A stretch of DNA of 64,000 bases, taken from the NCBI GenBank assembly GCA_902538155.1, contig CACBDX010000002.1:2427-66426 (forward strand). Reading direction: 5' to 3'. Below the pieces are notes generated by a model. It searched no databases and was not told the origin of the DNA. It was given only the letters and a program-made list of their open reading frames with translations. Positions 21,150 through 32,208 of this stretch are shown here, in pieces; the first letter of the stretch is position 1; every line of letters starts with the position of its first letter. The position numbers and the translations under genes were made by a program. Origin of the DNA: an uncultured Alphaproteobacteria bacterium. GTDB lineage: Bacteria > Pseudomonadota > Alphaproteobacteria > HIMB59 > GCA-002718135.

Positions 21150-22952
21150 ATGATTGTTAATTTTGACGAATTTAATAGCATACCGGGTATATTTTATCAT
21201 CAAGCAAATAATTTAAAAGATCAACCATATTTGTGGAAAAAAGAGAATGATAAATATGTTTCTTTAAGTTGGTCACAAGTAAAAGAACAAGTCGAAAGTT
21301 TAGCAACATACTTAAAAGATCTGGGTATTTTAGAAGGAGATAGAGTATTAATTTTATCTGAAAATAGACCTGAATGGCAAATCTCTGATTTAGCAATAAT
21401 GTCTATAGGAGCAATTTCAGTGCCTGCTTATACAACAAGCACAACGAATGACTATAAATATATTATTGAGCATTCTGGTGCTAGATGTGCCATCGTTTCA
21501 TCACACGAGTTAATGAAAAAAGTTCTACCTGCAATAGAAAAAATTCCAAATTGTCAAAATGTAATAAAAATTAATGATGATAATGAAACTTATACCGAAG
21601 TTGTAAATATTTTATCATACAATAAAATTATAAATGACAATTTAGAAAAAAGTAAAAATTCTAATGAAATAGAAGAATTATCAAAAAATTTTAAAAGAAA
21701 AGATACAGCATGTATTATTTATACATCAGGTACTGGAGGTAATCCTAAAGGAGTGATGTTAAGTCATGGAGCCATGTTAAGAAACTGTGCTTCATGTGAT
21801 AAATTACTTGAGAATCTTACCAGTGATTTAACAAAAGAAATTAGATATTTATCATGGTTGCCTTTATCTCATTCATATGAACATACTTTACAATTTTTAG
21901 AAATGGGGCAAGGAGCACAAATCTATTACGCTGAAAGTATAGATAAATTATTAGTAAATATGGCTGAGGCAGCACCACATTTTATGACTGCTGTTCCAAG
22001 GTTTTATGACTCTTTACACACACGTATTTCACAAGGTCTAAAAAACCAAAGTAAATTGAGTCAACGCTTCTTTGCAATTACATTAAATCTAGGAAAGAAA
22101 AAATATTTTGGTGAGCAGATGAGCTTCTCTGAAAGATTTATGAATGGATTGATGGATAGGATAGTAAGAAAAAAAGTTAAGAAAAGATTTGGTGGAAGTC
22201 TCAGAGCATTGATATCAGGAGGCGCAGCACTAAATTTTGAAGTTGGATTATACCTAAGCGCCCTTGGCCTTCCACTACTTCAAGGATACGGACAAACTGA
22301 AACAGCTCCTGTTATTTCCGCAAACCCTCCTGAAAAAATTAAGTTAGATACTGTTGGAAAAGTTCTTCAAGGCAATGAAGTGAAAATTTCTGAAGATGGA
22401 GAAATTTTAGCTCGTGGTGAACTGATTATGAATGGTTATTGGAATGATCCTGAGTCAACTAATAAAACTATTATTGATGGATGGGTTCATACAGGTGATA
22501 TTGGTGAATTTGATGACGAAGGCTATTTAAAAATAACGGATAGGAAAAAAGATATTATTGTAAATGCTGGTGGAGATAATATTTCTCCTTCAAGAATAGA
22601 AGCAAAATTAGATATTGAACCTGAAATTGCTCAATCAATGTTATATGGAGATTTCAAAAATTACCTAGTTGCGATCTTGGTACCTAATAAAGATTTAGCT
22701 TTAGAATGGGCAAAAGAAAATAATGTTGAGGGCGATTTGAATAAAATAATTCAAAATTCTTCATTTGATAAAAAGATGAAGGAAGTTGTAGATAAAGTCA
22801 ATAAAAGCCTCTCTAGTATTGAACAAATAAGAAAATTTATTCTCATTGATCACGAGTTTACAATTGAAAACAATATGATGACTCCTTCCATGAAAGTAAG
22901 AAGGTTTAAAGTAAAAGAGATGTATGGAGAGAATTTAGAAAAACTATATTAA
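21150..22952 (+). CDS. Long-chain fatty acid--CoA ligase
   Basis: YTSGTGGNPKG, GYGQTE, HTGDIG, DRKKD; GGAGG RBS. Confidence 0.9.
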   Translation: MIVNFDEFNSIPGIFYHQANNLKDQPYLWKKENDKYVSLSWSQVKEQVESLATYLKDLGILEGDRVLILSENRPEWQISDLAIMSIGAISVPAYTTSTTNDYKYIIEHSGARCAIVSSHELMKKVLPAIEKIPNCQNVIKINDDNETYTEVVNILSYNKIINDNLEKSKNSNEIEELSKNFKRKDTACIIYTSGTGGNPKGVMLSHGAMLRNCASCDKLLENLTSDLTKEIRYLSWLPLSHSYEHTLQFLEMGQGAQIYYAESIDKLLVNMAEAAPHFMTAVPRFYDSLHTRISQGLKNQSKLSQRFFAITLNLGKKKYFGEQMSFSERFMNGLMDRIVRKKVKKRFGGSLRALISGGAALNFEVGLYLSALGLPLLQGYGQTETAPVISANPPEKIKLDTVGKVLQGNEVKISEDGEILARGELIMNGYWNDPESTNKTIIDGWVHTGDIGEFDDEGYLKITDRKKDIIVNAGGDNISPSRIEAKLDIEPEIAQSMLYGDFKNYLVAILVPNKDLALEWAKENNVEGDLNKIIQNSSFDKKMKEVVDKVNKSLSSIEQIRKFILIDHEFTIENNMMTPSMKVRRFKVKEMYGENLEKLY

Positions 22953-23239
22953 GTTTTTCCTTTATCAAACTTTTCTTTTTGTTCAGGAGTTATTTCTTTT
23001 TGAAATTTTGTTTTCCACTCTGCGTATGGCATACCATAGATCCTTTCTCGTGCCTCATCGTATGAAATAGAAATATTTTTCTTCTCTGCAGCACTAACAT
23101 ACCATTTTGAAAGACAGTTTCTGCAAAAACCTGACAAATTCATTAAATCAATATTTTGAACATCTGTTCTATTTTTTAAATGATGAATCAATCTTTCTGC
23201 AACATCAGCAAGTAAATCTCTATCAAAGTTTTTGGTCAT
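22949..23239 (-). CDS. DUF1244 protein
   Basis: DVQNIDLMNLSGFCRNCL…YGMPY.EWK. Confidence 0.88.
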   Translation of the reverse strand: MTKNFDRDLLADVAERLIHHLKNRTDVQNIDLMNLSGFCRNCLSKWYVSAAEKKNISISYDEARERIYGMPYAEWKTKFQKEITPEQKEKFDKGKT

Positions 23240-23292
23240 ATTACGTAAATAAATTATATAAATCTTTTTTTGTGATATATATATAATAATTA

Positions 23293-24729
23293 ATGAAACG
23301 TAACAGAAAAGCTAAAATTTTAGCTACCTTAGGACCTGCATCATCAGATAAAAAAATAATAGAAGATTTATTTGTGGCTGGATGTGATGTTTTTAGATTA
23401 AATTTTTCACATGGTGATTTAGAAACTCATAGAAAAAATTATGAAACTATTAGATCTCTTGAAGAAAAACATAATCATGCATCATGCATATTAGCTGACT
23501 TACAAGGGCCCAAGTTAAGAGTAGGTACATTTAAGAATAAAAAAGAAAATTTAGTCAAAGGTCAAAGTTTTGTACTAGATCTTTCAAGTGAACCCGGAGA
23601 TAATAATAGGGTAAACTTTCCTCATGAAGAAATTTATGATTATTTAACACCTAATTCTATTTTATTAGTAAATGATGGAAGAATAAGGTTACAAGTTGTT
23701 GAACGAAAAAAAGATAGTTTAATTACAGAAGTTTTAAATGACGCCGAAATCTCAAATAACAAAGGTGTAAATATTCCAGATATTATTCTTCCAATAGACG
23801 CTCTTACCAAAAAAGACAAATCTGATCTAATGAAGGCATTAGATATGGGAGTTGATTGGGTTGCACTTTCTTTCGTGCAACAAGCAGAAGATATTCACAA
23901 ACTAAAAAAAATAATTAACAATAAAGCACTCGTGATGGCTAAAATCGAAAAACCTTCAGCGGTAAAAAATATTGATGATATTATAAATGCTGCAGATGGT
24001 ATTATGATAGCTAGAGGTGATTTGGGTGTTGAAATGCCAACAGAACAAGTTCCTATAGTTCAAAAAAATATTATTAAAAGATGTAGGCACTTTGGTAAAC
24101 CAGTTGTTGTTGCTACACAAATGCTTGAAAGTATGATTGAAAATCTTGTTCCAACAAGAGCTGAAGCATCGGATGTTGCTAATGCTATTTACGACGGAGC
24201 AGATGCTGTAATGTTATCTGGTGAATCTGCAGTTGGAGCACATCCAATAGAAGTAGCAATAACTATGAATAAAATTATAGAAAATGTTGAAAACGATAAA
24301 AATAATTATGATTTACGAATTATACAAGAAAATATTGATGATGTTGATAATACAGATGCAATAACATTAGCAGCGTACTCAATTGCAAAAAAATCAGATG
24401 CAAAAGCAATAATTACATTTTCTGTAAGTGGAAGAACAACGACCAGAATGGCTAGAGAAAGAGCACCAGTTCAAATTGTTGGTTTATCTCCAAATATTAA
24501 TACTACAAGAAAAATGCAATTATACTGGGGTGTAAACTCCTGTCATACTCAAGAAGATGCTCAAAATGCACAAGATATGGTTAATATTGCATGTTCAATT
24601 GCAAAAAATAAAAAATTAGTAAAGCCAGGAGATAACGTAGTTATCTCGGCTGGTGTTCCATTTGGAAGTGCTGGAACTACTAATCTACTTCGATTAGCTG
24701 AGATAATTGCTGATAAAGATCTTAAGTAA
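23293..24729 (+). CDS. pyk: Pyruvate kinase
   Basis: ATLGPAS, RLNFSHG, DLQGPK, ARGDLGVE, ATQMLESM, MLSGE. Confidence 0.97.
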   Translation: MKRNRKAKILATLGPASSDKKIIEDLFVAGCDVFRLNFSHGDLETHRKNYETIRSLEEKHNHASCILADLQGPKLRVGTFKNKKENLVKGQSFVLDLSSEPGDNNRVNFPHEEIYDYLTPNSILLVNDGRIRLQVVERKKDSLITEVLNDAEISNNKGVNIPDIILPIDALTKKDKSDLMKALDMGVDWVALSFVQQAEDIHKLKKIINNKALVMAKIEKPSAVKNIDDIINAADGIMIARGDLGVEMPTEQVPIVQKNIIKRCRHFGKPVVVATQMLESMIENLVPTRAEASDVANAIYDGADAVMLSGESAVGAHPIEVAITMNKIIENVENDKNNYDLRIIQENIDDVDNTDAITLAAYSIAKKSDAKAIITFSVSGRTTTRMARERAPVQIVGLSPNINTTRKMQLYWGVNSCHTQEDAQNAQDMVNIACSIAKNKKLVKPGDNVVISAGVPFGSAGTTNLLRLAEIIADKDLK

Positions 24730-25924
24730 GCTTATTACAAGCTTCTTTTATTCTATTGCACGCATCTTCTAGAATTGCATCACTAGTTGCATAAGATAAT
24801 CTAAAATAAGGCGATAAACCAAATGCTGCACCATGAACTCCTGCTACGCCTTGATCTTCTAAAAGGTATGTCATGAAATCTTCATCATTGGAGATGTGTT
24901 TTCCATTTGGTGTCTGTTTTCCAATTATACCATCGCAATTTGGATAAACGTAAAAAGCTCCTTCTGGTTTTTGACATGTAATTCCATCAATATCATTTAA
25001 TTTATTCAATACTAAATCTCTACGTATCAAAAATTTTTTATTATGCTCGTTTATAAAATCCTGCGGACCACTTATTGCTTCAACTGCAGCAGCCATTGTA
25101 ATTGAAGAAGTTGATGTTGTACTTTGTGATTGTATTTTGTTCATAGCAGCAATAATCTCTTTTGGAGCTCCACAATATCCAAGTCTCCATCCTGTCATGC
25201 AATATGATTTTGAAACACCATTTAGTGTCAAACATCTGTTTTTCAGTGAAGGTTCAATAGAAGCAAGAGTGTGAAACTCTACTCCATCGTAAACAATTTT
25301 TTCGTATATATCATCACACATTATAAGAACATTAGGATACTTTTTTAAGATAAGAGCTAAATCTTCTAGCTCTTTTTTTGAATAAACTGATCCAGTTGGA
25401 TTACTAGGACTATTTAACATTAACCATTTTGTTTTAGAGTTTATATTTTTTTCAAGTTGTTCTGGTGTAATTTTAAAATTCTGTGATTGAGGACACTCAA
25501 CTATCACTGGCTTCCCTTCTGCTAATAAAACAATATCTGGATAACTAACCCAAAAAGGAGCTGTTATAATGACCTCATCTCCCGGATTAATTGTTGCCAT
25601 CATAGCATTATAGATAATATGTTTGCCTCCGACACCGCATATGATTTCATCTAATTGATAATCAATATTATTATCTTCTCTGAATTTTTTCTGAATTGCT
25701 TTTTGTAATTCTGGTGTACCTTTACCTGGTACATATTTTGTTTTACCCTCTTCCATCGCTTTACTAGCAGCATCTCTTATATTTTTTGGTGTGTTAAAAT
25801 CTGGCTCACCTGCTGCAAGAACAATTACATCTTTACCCTCGTCCTTCAAAGCTTTAGCTTTGACATTTATACCTACAGTCATTGAAGGTTTTATTTTACT
25901 TAGTCTATCTGCAACAAAATTCAT
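24722..25924 (-). CDS. aspC: PLP-dependent class I aminotransferase (aspartate aminotransferase)
   Basis: GEPDF, NSPSNPTG, DDIYE, SKSYCMTGWRLG. Confidence 0.88.
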   Translation of the reverse strand: MNFVADRLSKIKPSMTVGINVKAKALKDEGKDVIVLAAGEPDFNTPKNIRDAASKAMEEGKTKYVPGKGTPELQKAIQKKFREDNNIDYQLDEIICGVGGKHIIYNAMMATINPGDEVIITAPFWVSYPDIVLLAEGKPVIVECPQSQNFKITPEQLEKNINSKTKWLMLNSPSNPTGSVYSKKELEDLALILKKYPNVLIMCDDIYEKIVYDGVEFHTLASIEPSLKNRCLTLNGVSKSYCMTGWRLGYCGAPKEIIAAMNKIQSQSTTSTSSITMAAAVEAISGPQDFINEHNKKFLIRRDLVLNKLNDIDGITCQKPEGAFYVYPNCDGIIGKQTPNGKHISNDEDFMTYLLEDQGVAGVHGAAFGLSPYFRLSYATSDAILEDACNRIKEACNKLT

Positions 25925-26734
25925 TTAAATTATAAAATGTTCAATAATTAGACTAGCACAAGTTAACAACAAAAAAATAGCAAAAATCTTTCTTAATACT
26001 AACTTATCTATATTTGATGAAACTTTTGCACCAATTCCAGCAGTAAATATACTAGTTATCGATATAAAAAAAACTATTATAATATTTACGTAACCAAGCG
26101 AATAAATGGGAAGTTCATTTATATTTGACCCAGTATACATAAATGTAAGTGTTCCTGGAAAAGCAATTAAAAAACCAAAAACAGCAGAGGTTCCAACTGC
26201 TTCATGAATCTTTTTTGAAAACATTGTTAAAGTTGGAACACTAAAACTACCACCACCTATACCAATTGTTGCAGATAAAAAACCAATAGAAGAGCTTATT
26301 GTAAAGTTAATTATATTAGATGATGGTATATCCTTACTTACAATTATTGGATTTTGTTGAAACAGCATATTTAATGAAATCAAAAATGCTAGAATTACAA
26401 AAAGAATTACTAAACTCTGTCCTGAAATAGAACTCGCTGCAATTGAACCTACAATTGATCCTATTATTATTCCTACTGCCCATTTTTTTACAATTATCAA
26501 ATTTGTATTTTTAAGTTTAACATGGGATTTTATTGAAGAAATTGAAGTAAAACAAATTACACCAAGGGAAGATGCTACAGCAACATGCATCACAATTTCA
26601 GAGCTATAACCTAGATTAAGTAAAATAAAGTAAGTTACAGGTACTATTATTATTCCACCTCCAACTCCTAATAATCCTGCAATAAAACCAGAGACTAGAC
26701 CTGTTAATAAAAAAATAAATACTATTGAAGTCAA
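25925..26734 (-). CDS. TauE/SafE-family membrane transporter
   Basis: GLLGVGGG and GIGGG repeats, AVGTS. Confidence 0.85.
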   Translation of the reverse strand: MTSIVFIFLLTGLVSGFIAGLLGVGGGIIIVPVTYFILLNLGYSSEIVMHVAVASSLGVICFTSISSIKSHVKLKNTNLIIVKKWAVGIIIGSIVGSIAASSISGQSLVILFVILAFLISLNMLFQQNPIIVSKDIPSSNIINFTISSSIGFLSATIGIGGGSFSVPTLTMFSKKIHEAVGTSAVFGFLIAFPGTLTFMYTGSNINELPIYSLGYVNIIIVFFISITSIFTAGIGAKVSSNIDKLVLRKIFAIFLLLTCASLIIEHFII

Positions 26735-26799
26735 ATAAATTACCGTATTTTAAGTTTTATTAATGTAGTAAACAATTTAATATAAAAGTAAATAAGACT

Positions 26800-27927
26800 A
26801 TGAAACATGTACATTGGATTGGAACAGGATTATCTTCTATACCGGGAATTAGAAGATTAGCTAAAAATTTAGATAATTTTACAGTATGGAATAGAACATT
26901 AGACAAAGCTATAAAGAGCATTGACCATGTAGATAAAAACAATGTGAATGCAAAACAGTTTGATATTGATTTATTATTTAATGAAACAAATCCAGGTGAT
27001 ATTGTTATTTCTCAACTACCAGCAAACAAACATTTAGAAATAGCTAATCTTTGTTTAAAACATAAATGTAATTTTGCATCTACTAGTTACCTTAATCCAG
27101 AAATAAATATGTTAAATTCAGATGTAAAAAAAGAAAATTTAGTATTTATCAATGAGGTTGGTTTAGATCCAGGTATCGATCATTTTTTTTCTCATTTACT
27201 TGTCAGTGATCTTAAAAAAATTTCGACTGAAAAAACAGAAGTGGTATATGAATCATATTGCGGAGGTTTTCCAGCAATTCCAAATGATTTCAAATATAAA
27301 TTTAGTTGGTCTCCAGCTGGAGTAATCAAAGCCTTAAACAATGATGCAAAATATATAACAAAAGGTAAAATAAATACTGTAACTCCTTACAAATCTATTA
27401 GTTCTTATTCAATATCTGGTGAAAATTTTGAAGCTTATCCAAACAGAGATTCAACACCATATGTAAATGAATACTTGTTTGATGAGAAATGGAAAGTCAA
27501 AGAGTTCGTAAGAGGAACTTTGCGACTTCATGGTTGGAAAGAGGCATGGAAAGATATTTTTTTAATGCTTGAAAATAGATCAGATAATATAGAAGCTGAA
27601 ATCAATAAAAAAAGTGAAGAATTATTAAAAGATAATAAATATTTAACTGATGAAGAAGATCGCGTTGTACTTTCTGTAAAACTTAAAGCTTTTGAAAATG
27701 ATAATAAAATTTTTGATAGTTCTTATTTTCTAGATGAAAAAGGAAGTGGTGAAAATACTGCAATGGGCAAACTTGTATCGATTACTTTATCAGCTGCGAT
27801 TGATCTAATTATGGATAATAAAATTGAGTCTGGTGTTAAAACTGCACCACATAAAACAGAAGACATAATGTATTTTTTTAAAATTTTAAAAGATTATAAA
27901 ATTAATATCCAACAAGAGAATGGATAA
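26800..27927 (+). CDS. Saccharopine dehydrogenase (glutamate-forming/Lys9-like)
   Basis: NEVGLDPGIDH, SYCGG, YKFSWSP, EAYPNRDS, RGTLR. Confidence 0.88.
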   Translation: MKHVHWIGTGLSSIPGIRRLAKNLDNFTVWNRTLDKAIKSIDHVDKNNVNAKQFDIDLLFNETNPGDIVISQLPANKHLEIANLCLKHKCNFASTSYLNPEINMLNSDVKKENLVFINEVGLDPGIDHFFSHLLVSDLKKISTEKTEVVYESYCGGFPAIPNDFKYKFSWSPAGVIKALNNDAKYITKGKINTVTPYKSISSYSISGENFEAYPNRDSTPYVNEYLFDEKWKVKEFVRGTLRLHGWKEAWKDIFLMLENRSDNIEAEINKKSEELLKDNKYLTDEEDRVVLSVKLKAFENDNKIFDSSYFLDEKGSGENTAMGKLVSITLSAAIDLIMDNKIESGVKTAPHKTEDIMYFFKILKDYKINIQQENG

Positions 27928-29149
27928 TCAATTAACCAATATTGGTATTGTTAGAGAGTCTAGAAATGATGAAAATAGAACTCCTCTAGTCCCAGAGCAT
28001 ATTAAAAAATACAAAGAAAGCAATCCGAATATTAATTTCATTATTCAGCCATCAAATAGCAGATGTTTTTCTGATGAAGAATATGAATTATGTGGTGCTA
28101 AAATTAATGAAAATTTAAACGAATGCTCAATCATATTCGGAGTTAAAGAAATTGATCCAAATATTTTAATTAATAATAGGACATATCTTTTTTTTTCTCA
28201 CACTTTTAAAATTAATAAACAACAAAAAAATATTGAAAAACATAAGAAAGACCTACTCTTATCAATTTTAAATAAAAAAATTACATTGATTGATTATGAA
28301 AATATCAGAGGTAAAAATGGTACAAGATGTTTAGGTTTTGGAAGATTTGCAGGTATTGTTGGTTGTTATAATACCTTAAATTTATTACTTAGAGTGATTG
28401 GAAAACAATCTCTTGCTAGTGCCTATAAAATTGATGATTATGAAAGATTGGTATTAAATTTAAAAAATTTATATTTTCCTAAAACTAAAATTCTAGTTAC
28501 TGGTGATGGTAGAGTTGCAAAAGGAGTAATTGAACTTTTGAATCAAACAAACATTAAAGCAGTATCAAAAAAAGACTTTTTGGAAAAAAAATTTGATCAG
28601 CCTATTTTTTGTAATTTGGAAACTAAAGATTATGTTACAAATAATTCTTCCACTAACTTTAACCTTGAGCATTTTATTAATAATCCTCAAGATTATTCAA
28701 GTTCTGCATTACAATATTTAAAAGAAACTAATATACTTATAAGTGCGCATTACTGGGACCCATCTTCTCCAAAAATTTTTGAGAATGAAGACTTAAAAGA
28801 TTTACAAAATCTAAAAATTGTTGGCGATATTACTTGTGATATTAACGGTTCTGTTCCAACTACAATACGATCAACAACAATTGAGGAGCCAAATTATTGG
28901 ATTGAAAGATATACTTTAAAAGAAATAGATGAAAATAATGATGGAATTGCTGTTATGGCAGTTGATAATTTACCATCTGAATTACCACGGGATTCAAGTA
29001 CAGAATTTAGTGAAGGTATTATCAACGAAGTTCTTCCTTTTTTATTAAAAGAAGATGATGGAAGAATATTAAATGGAACAATAACAACAGATGGTAGTTT
29101 TTTAGAAAAGTACAATTATCTAAATAATTATATTAGAATTAATGAATAA
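27920..29149 (+). CDS. Lysine-ketoglutarate reductase / AlaDH-PNT fold saccharopine dehydrogenase
   Basis: E.RTPLVP, GVKE, FFSHT, IDYE, FGRFAG.VG, DITCD..GS, AVDNLPSELPRDSS.EF. Confidence 0.8.
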   Translation: MDNQLTNIGIVRESRNDENRTPLVPEHIKKYKESNPNINFIIQPSNSRCFSDEEYELCGAKINENLNECSIIFGVKEIDPNILINNRTYLFFSHTFKINKQQKNIEKHKKDLLLSILNKKITLIDYENIRGKNGTRCLGFGRFAGIVGCYNTLNLLLRVIGKQSLASAYKIDDYERLVLNLKNLYFPKTKILVTGDGRVAKGVIELLNQTNIKAVSKKDFLEKKFDQPIFCNLETKDYVTNNSSTNFNLEHFINNPQDYSSSALQYLKETNILISAHYWDPSSPKIFENEDLKDLQNLKIVGDITCDINGSVPTTIRSTTIEEPNYWIERYTLKEIDENNDGIAVMAVDNLPSELPRDSSTEFSEGIINEVLPFLLKEDDGRILNGTITTDGSFLEKYNYLNNYIRINE

Positions 29150-31196
29150 AGCAGAAAAAAAACATCATCTCTCTTCCGAAATCACAACACCTTTTAAAAT
29201 TGTGAGTGATTTTAATCCAAGTGGTGATCAGCCTGAAGCAATTAAAAGTATTGTTAAAAGTCTAAATGAGGGAGAACAAGAACAAGTTCTTTTAGGTGTC
29301 ACTGGATCAGGTAAGACCTTTACAATGGCTAAAGTAATTGAAAAAGTCCAGAAACCTACTTTGATAATGGCTCCAAACAAAACATTAGCGGCACAACTTT
29401 ATGGCGAAATGAAAAATTTGTTTCCAAATAATGCTGTTGAATATTTTGTCAGTTATTATGATTATTACACACCAGAAGCATATGTACCAAGGACGGACAC
29501 ATATATTGAAAAAGAATCTTCAATCAACGAACAAATTGATCGTCTAAGACATTCAGCTACTAGATCTTTAGTGGAAAGAAGAGATACAATCATAGTAGCA
29601 TCGGTTTCTTGTATTTATGGTATTGGATCAGTTGATGCTTATTCTTCAATGTCTTTTACTTTAGATAAAAATCAATCAATAAGTAGAGAGATTATTATCA
29701 GAAAGTTGGTAGAACTTTTATACAAACGTCGTGACATGGATTTTAGAAGAGGTAGCTTTAGGGCAAAGGGAGATATTTTAGAAATTTTCCCTTCTCACTA
29801 TGAAGATATTTCTTGGAAAATTTCTATGTTTGGAGATGATATAGAGAGTATAACACAAGTGGACCCACTTACTGGAGAGAAGCTCGGAGAACTTGAACAA
29901 ATAAGAATCTTCGCAAACTCTCATTATGTAACCCCAAAGCCAACTATAAAAAAAGCAATTACGATGATTAAAAATGATCTAAAAAAACAATTAGAGATTT
30001 TTGAAAAAGAAAAAAAATACTTAGAAAGACAAAGGTTGGATGAGAGAACTACATTTGACTTAGAAATGATGGAAACTACTGGAAGTTGTAGTGGTATTGA
30101 AAATTATTCTAGATATTTATCAGGAAGACAGCCGGGAGAGCCTCCGCCTACACTTTATGAATATATTCCAGAAGACTCTTTATTGTTTATAGATGAAAGC
30201 CATCAGACATGTGGTCAAATAGCAGGAATGTACAAAGGTGATTTTTCTAGAAAATCAACTTTAGCTCAATATGGTTTTAGACTACCAAGTTGTGTTGATA
30301 ACAGACCTTTAAAAAGAGAAGAATGGGATGCAATGCGTCCACAAACTATATTCGTAAGTGCAACACCAGGAGATTATGAACTTGAAAAGACAGGTGGCAC
30401 CTTTGTTGAACAAGTAATTAGACCAACAGGTTTAATTGATCCACCTATAGAGATAAGGCCCACTAAACATCAAATTGATAACTTAATTGATGAATGTAAA
30501 AAGACTATAGATAAAGGTCATCGTGTTCTAATCACAACACTTACAAAAAAAATGGCCGAAGATCTTACTGAATATATCAATGAAGAAGGATTAAAGGTAA
30601 GGTATCTTCACTCTGATATCGATACATTAGAAAGAATAGAAATTATTAGAGATCTAAGACTAGGAGTTTTTAATGTTTTAGTAGGAATAAATCTTCTTAG
30701 AGAAGGTTTAGATATTCCTGAATGTGCTTTAATGGCTATATTAGATGCTGATAAGGAAGGTTACCTTCGTTCTAGAACTAGTTTAATTCAGACTATTGGT
30801 AGGGCTGCAAGAAATGTTGAGAGTAAAGTCTTAATGTATGCTGATAACATTACCACTAGTATGAAAGAAGCAATCGAAGAGACAGATAGAAGACGAACAA
30901 AACAACTAGAATATAACAAAATAAATAAAATTACCCCAATCAGTATTAAAAAAAATATTCAAGAAATAATTGAGAACACAGCTGAACAAGATCATGTTAC
31001 AGTTGAAATTGATAATGCTAAAGAATTAGTTGGTAAGGATCTTAATAAACATATTAAAAATTTAGAGAAAAAAATGAATGAATTTGCTTCAAAACTTGAA
31101 TTTGAAGATGCAGCAAGATTACGAGATGAAATTAATAGATTAAAGGCAAAAGAAGTGGGTCTTTCTAATAAAGTTTTGCAGTTTAAAAAGAATTAA
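29142..31196 (+). CDS. uvrB: Excinuclease ABC subunit B
   Basis: GVTGSGKT, DESH, GFRLPS, LLREGLD, QTIGRAAR, FEDAARLRD. Confidence 0.97.
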   Translation: MNKAEKKHHLSSEITTPFKIVSDFNPSGDQPEAIKSIVKSLNEGEQEQVLLGVTGSGKTFTMAKVIEKVQKPTLIMAPNKTLAAQLYGEMKNLFPNNAVEYFVSYYDYYTPEAYVPRTDTYIEKESSINEQIDRLRHSATRSLVERRDTIIVASVSCIYGIGSVDAYSSMSFTLDKNQSISREIIIRKLVELLYKRRDMDFRRGSFRAKGDILEIFPSHYEDISWKISMFGDDIESITQVDPLTGEKLGELEQIRIFANSHYVTPKPTIKKAITMIKNDLKKQLEIFEKEKKYLERQRLDERTTFDLEMMETTGSCSGIENYSRYLSGRQPGEPPPTLYEYIPEDSLLFIDESHQTCGQIAGMYKGDFSRKSTLAQYGFRLPSCVDNRPLKREEWDAMRPQTIFVSATPGDYELEKTGGTFVEQVIRPTGLIDPPIEIRPTKHQIDNLIDECKKTIDKGHRVLITTLTKKMAEDLTEYINEEGLKVRYLHSDIDTLERIEIIRDLRLGVFNVLVGINLLREGLDIPECALMAILDADKEGYLRSRTSLIQTIGRAARNVESKVLMYADNITTSMKEAIEETDRRRTKQLEYNKINKITPISIKKNIQEIIENTAEQDHVTVEIDNAKELVGKDLNKHIKNLEKKMNEFASKLEFEDAARLRDEINRLKAKEVGLSNKVLQFKKN

Positions 31197-32200
31197 TGGA
31201 TATTGTATTTTCAGAAACTAACAAAACTGGAATTATTAAACTAAATCGTCCTAAAGCTTTAAATGCTCTCAATTTAGAAATGGCAAAGAAATTCCATGAC
31301 AAATTATTAGAATGGGAAGAAAAAGATAATATCTTAAGAGTATTGTTAGTTGGAGAAGGTAAACATTTTTGTGCAGGAGGTGATGTAAAATCTCTTGTTC
31401 TTGCTGGAAAAGAAAACTCTTTAAAACATGATTTTTTTAGAAATGAGTATAAACTTAATTATTTAATTAGCCAATTTAGTAAAGAATTTCTTTCAGTTTG
31501 GAATGGTGTAGTCATGGGAGGCGGGGTTGGTTTATCAATCTATGGTGATCACAGAATGGCAACAGACAATTCAAAATTTGCAATGCCAGAATCTGCAATT
31601 GGCTTTTTTCCAGATGTTGGTGGAAGTTATTTTTTATCAAATCTTCCAGGTAACATTGGTAAGTATATTGGATTAACGGGTGAGGTTTTAGGGTTAAATG
31701 AATTAATTTTTTTCGGATTAGCAACTCACTACTTTAAAAGTAATAAAATAGAAGATGTTAAAGAAAGATTTATTACTAGAGGAGAAATTTCACATGATAA
31801 TTTTGAAGTAAAGAATGATACATATCTAATTAAAAATATGAATTTAATAAATGAACTATTCAATGGAAATATTCAAACTATCATATCAAATTTAAAAAGT
31901 CATAACTCAGAGTTTTCAAAAAAAATTTTAGATATTCTTTTAGCTAAATGTCCAATGAGTCTTGCGATAAGTACTAAACTTATAGATGATGCAAAAGGTA
32001 AATCGTTAAAAGAATGTTTAGAAACTGAATTTCAATTAAGTCAAAAAATAGTATACCGTAGTGACTTTGATAATGGTGTAAATTCTGTTCTAATTTCAAA
32101 AGATCATAATCCTATTTGGGAACCATCAAAAATAGATGAAATAAATATAGAAGATCTAGATTTTTATTTTGAAACTCATACTGAAATTCTTTATCTATAA
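31196..32200 (+). CDS. 3-hydroxyisobutyryl-CoA hydrolase-like enoyl-CoA hydratase
   Basis: NRPKALNAL, FCAGGD, MGGGVG, MPE.AIGFFPDVG. Confidence 0.88.
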   Translation: MDIVFSETNKTGIIKLNRPKALNALNLEMAKKFHDKLLEWEEKDNILRVLLVGEGKHFCAGGDVKSLVLAGKENSLKHDFFRNEYKLNYLISQFSKEFLSVWNGVVMGGGVGLSIYGDHRMATDNSKFAMPESAIGFFPDVGGSYFLSNLPGNIGKYIGLTGEVLGLNELIFFGLATHYFKSNKIEDVKERFITRGEISHDNFEVKNDTYLIKNMNLINELFNGNIQTIISNLKSHNSEFSKKILDILLAKCPMSLAISTKLIDDAKGKSLKECLETEFQLSQKIVYRSDFDNGVNSVLISKDHNPIWEPSKIDEINIEDLDFYFETHTEILYL

Positions 32201-32208
32201 TATTACAA

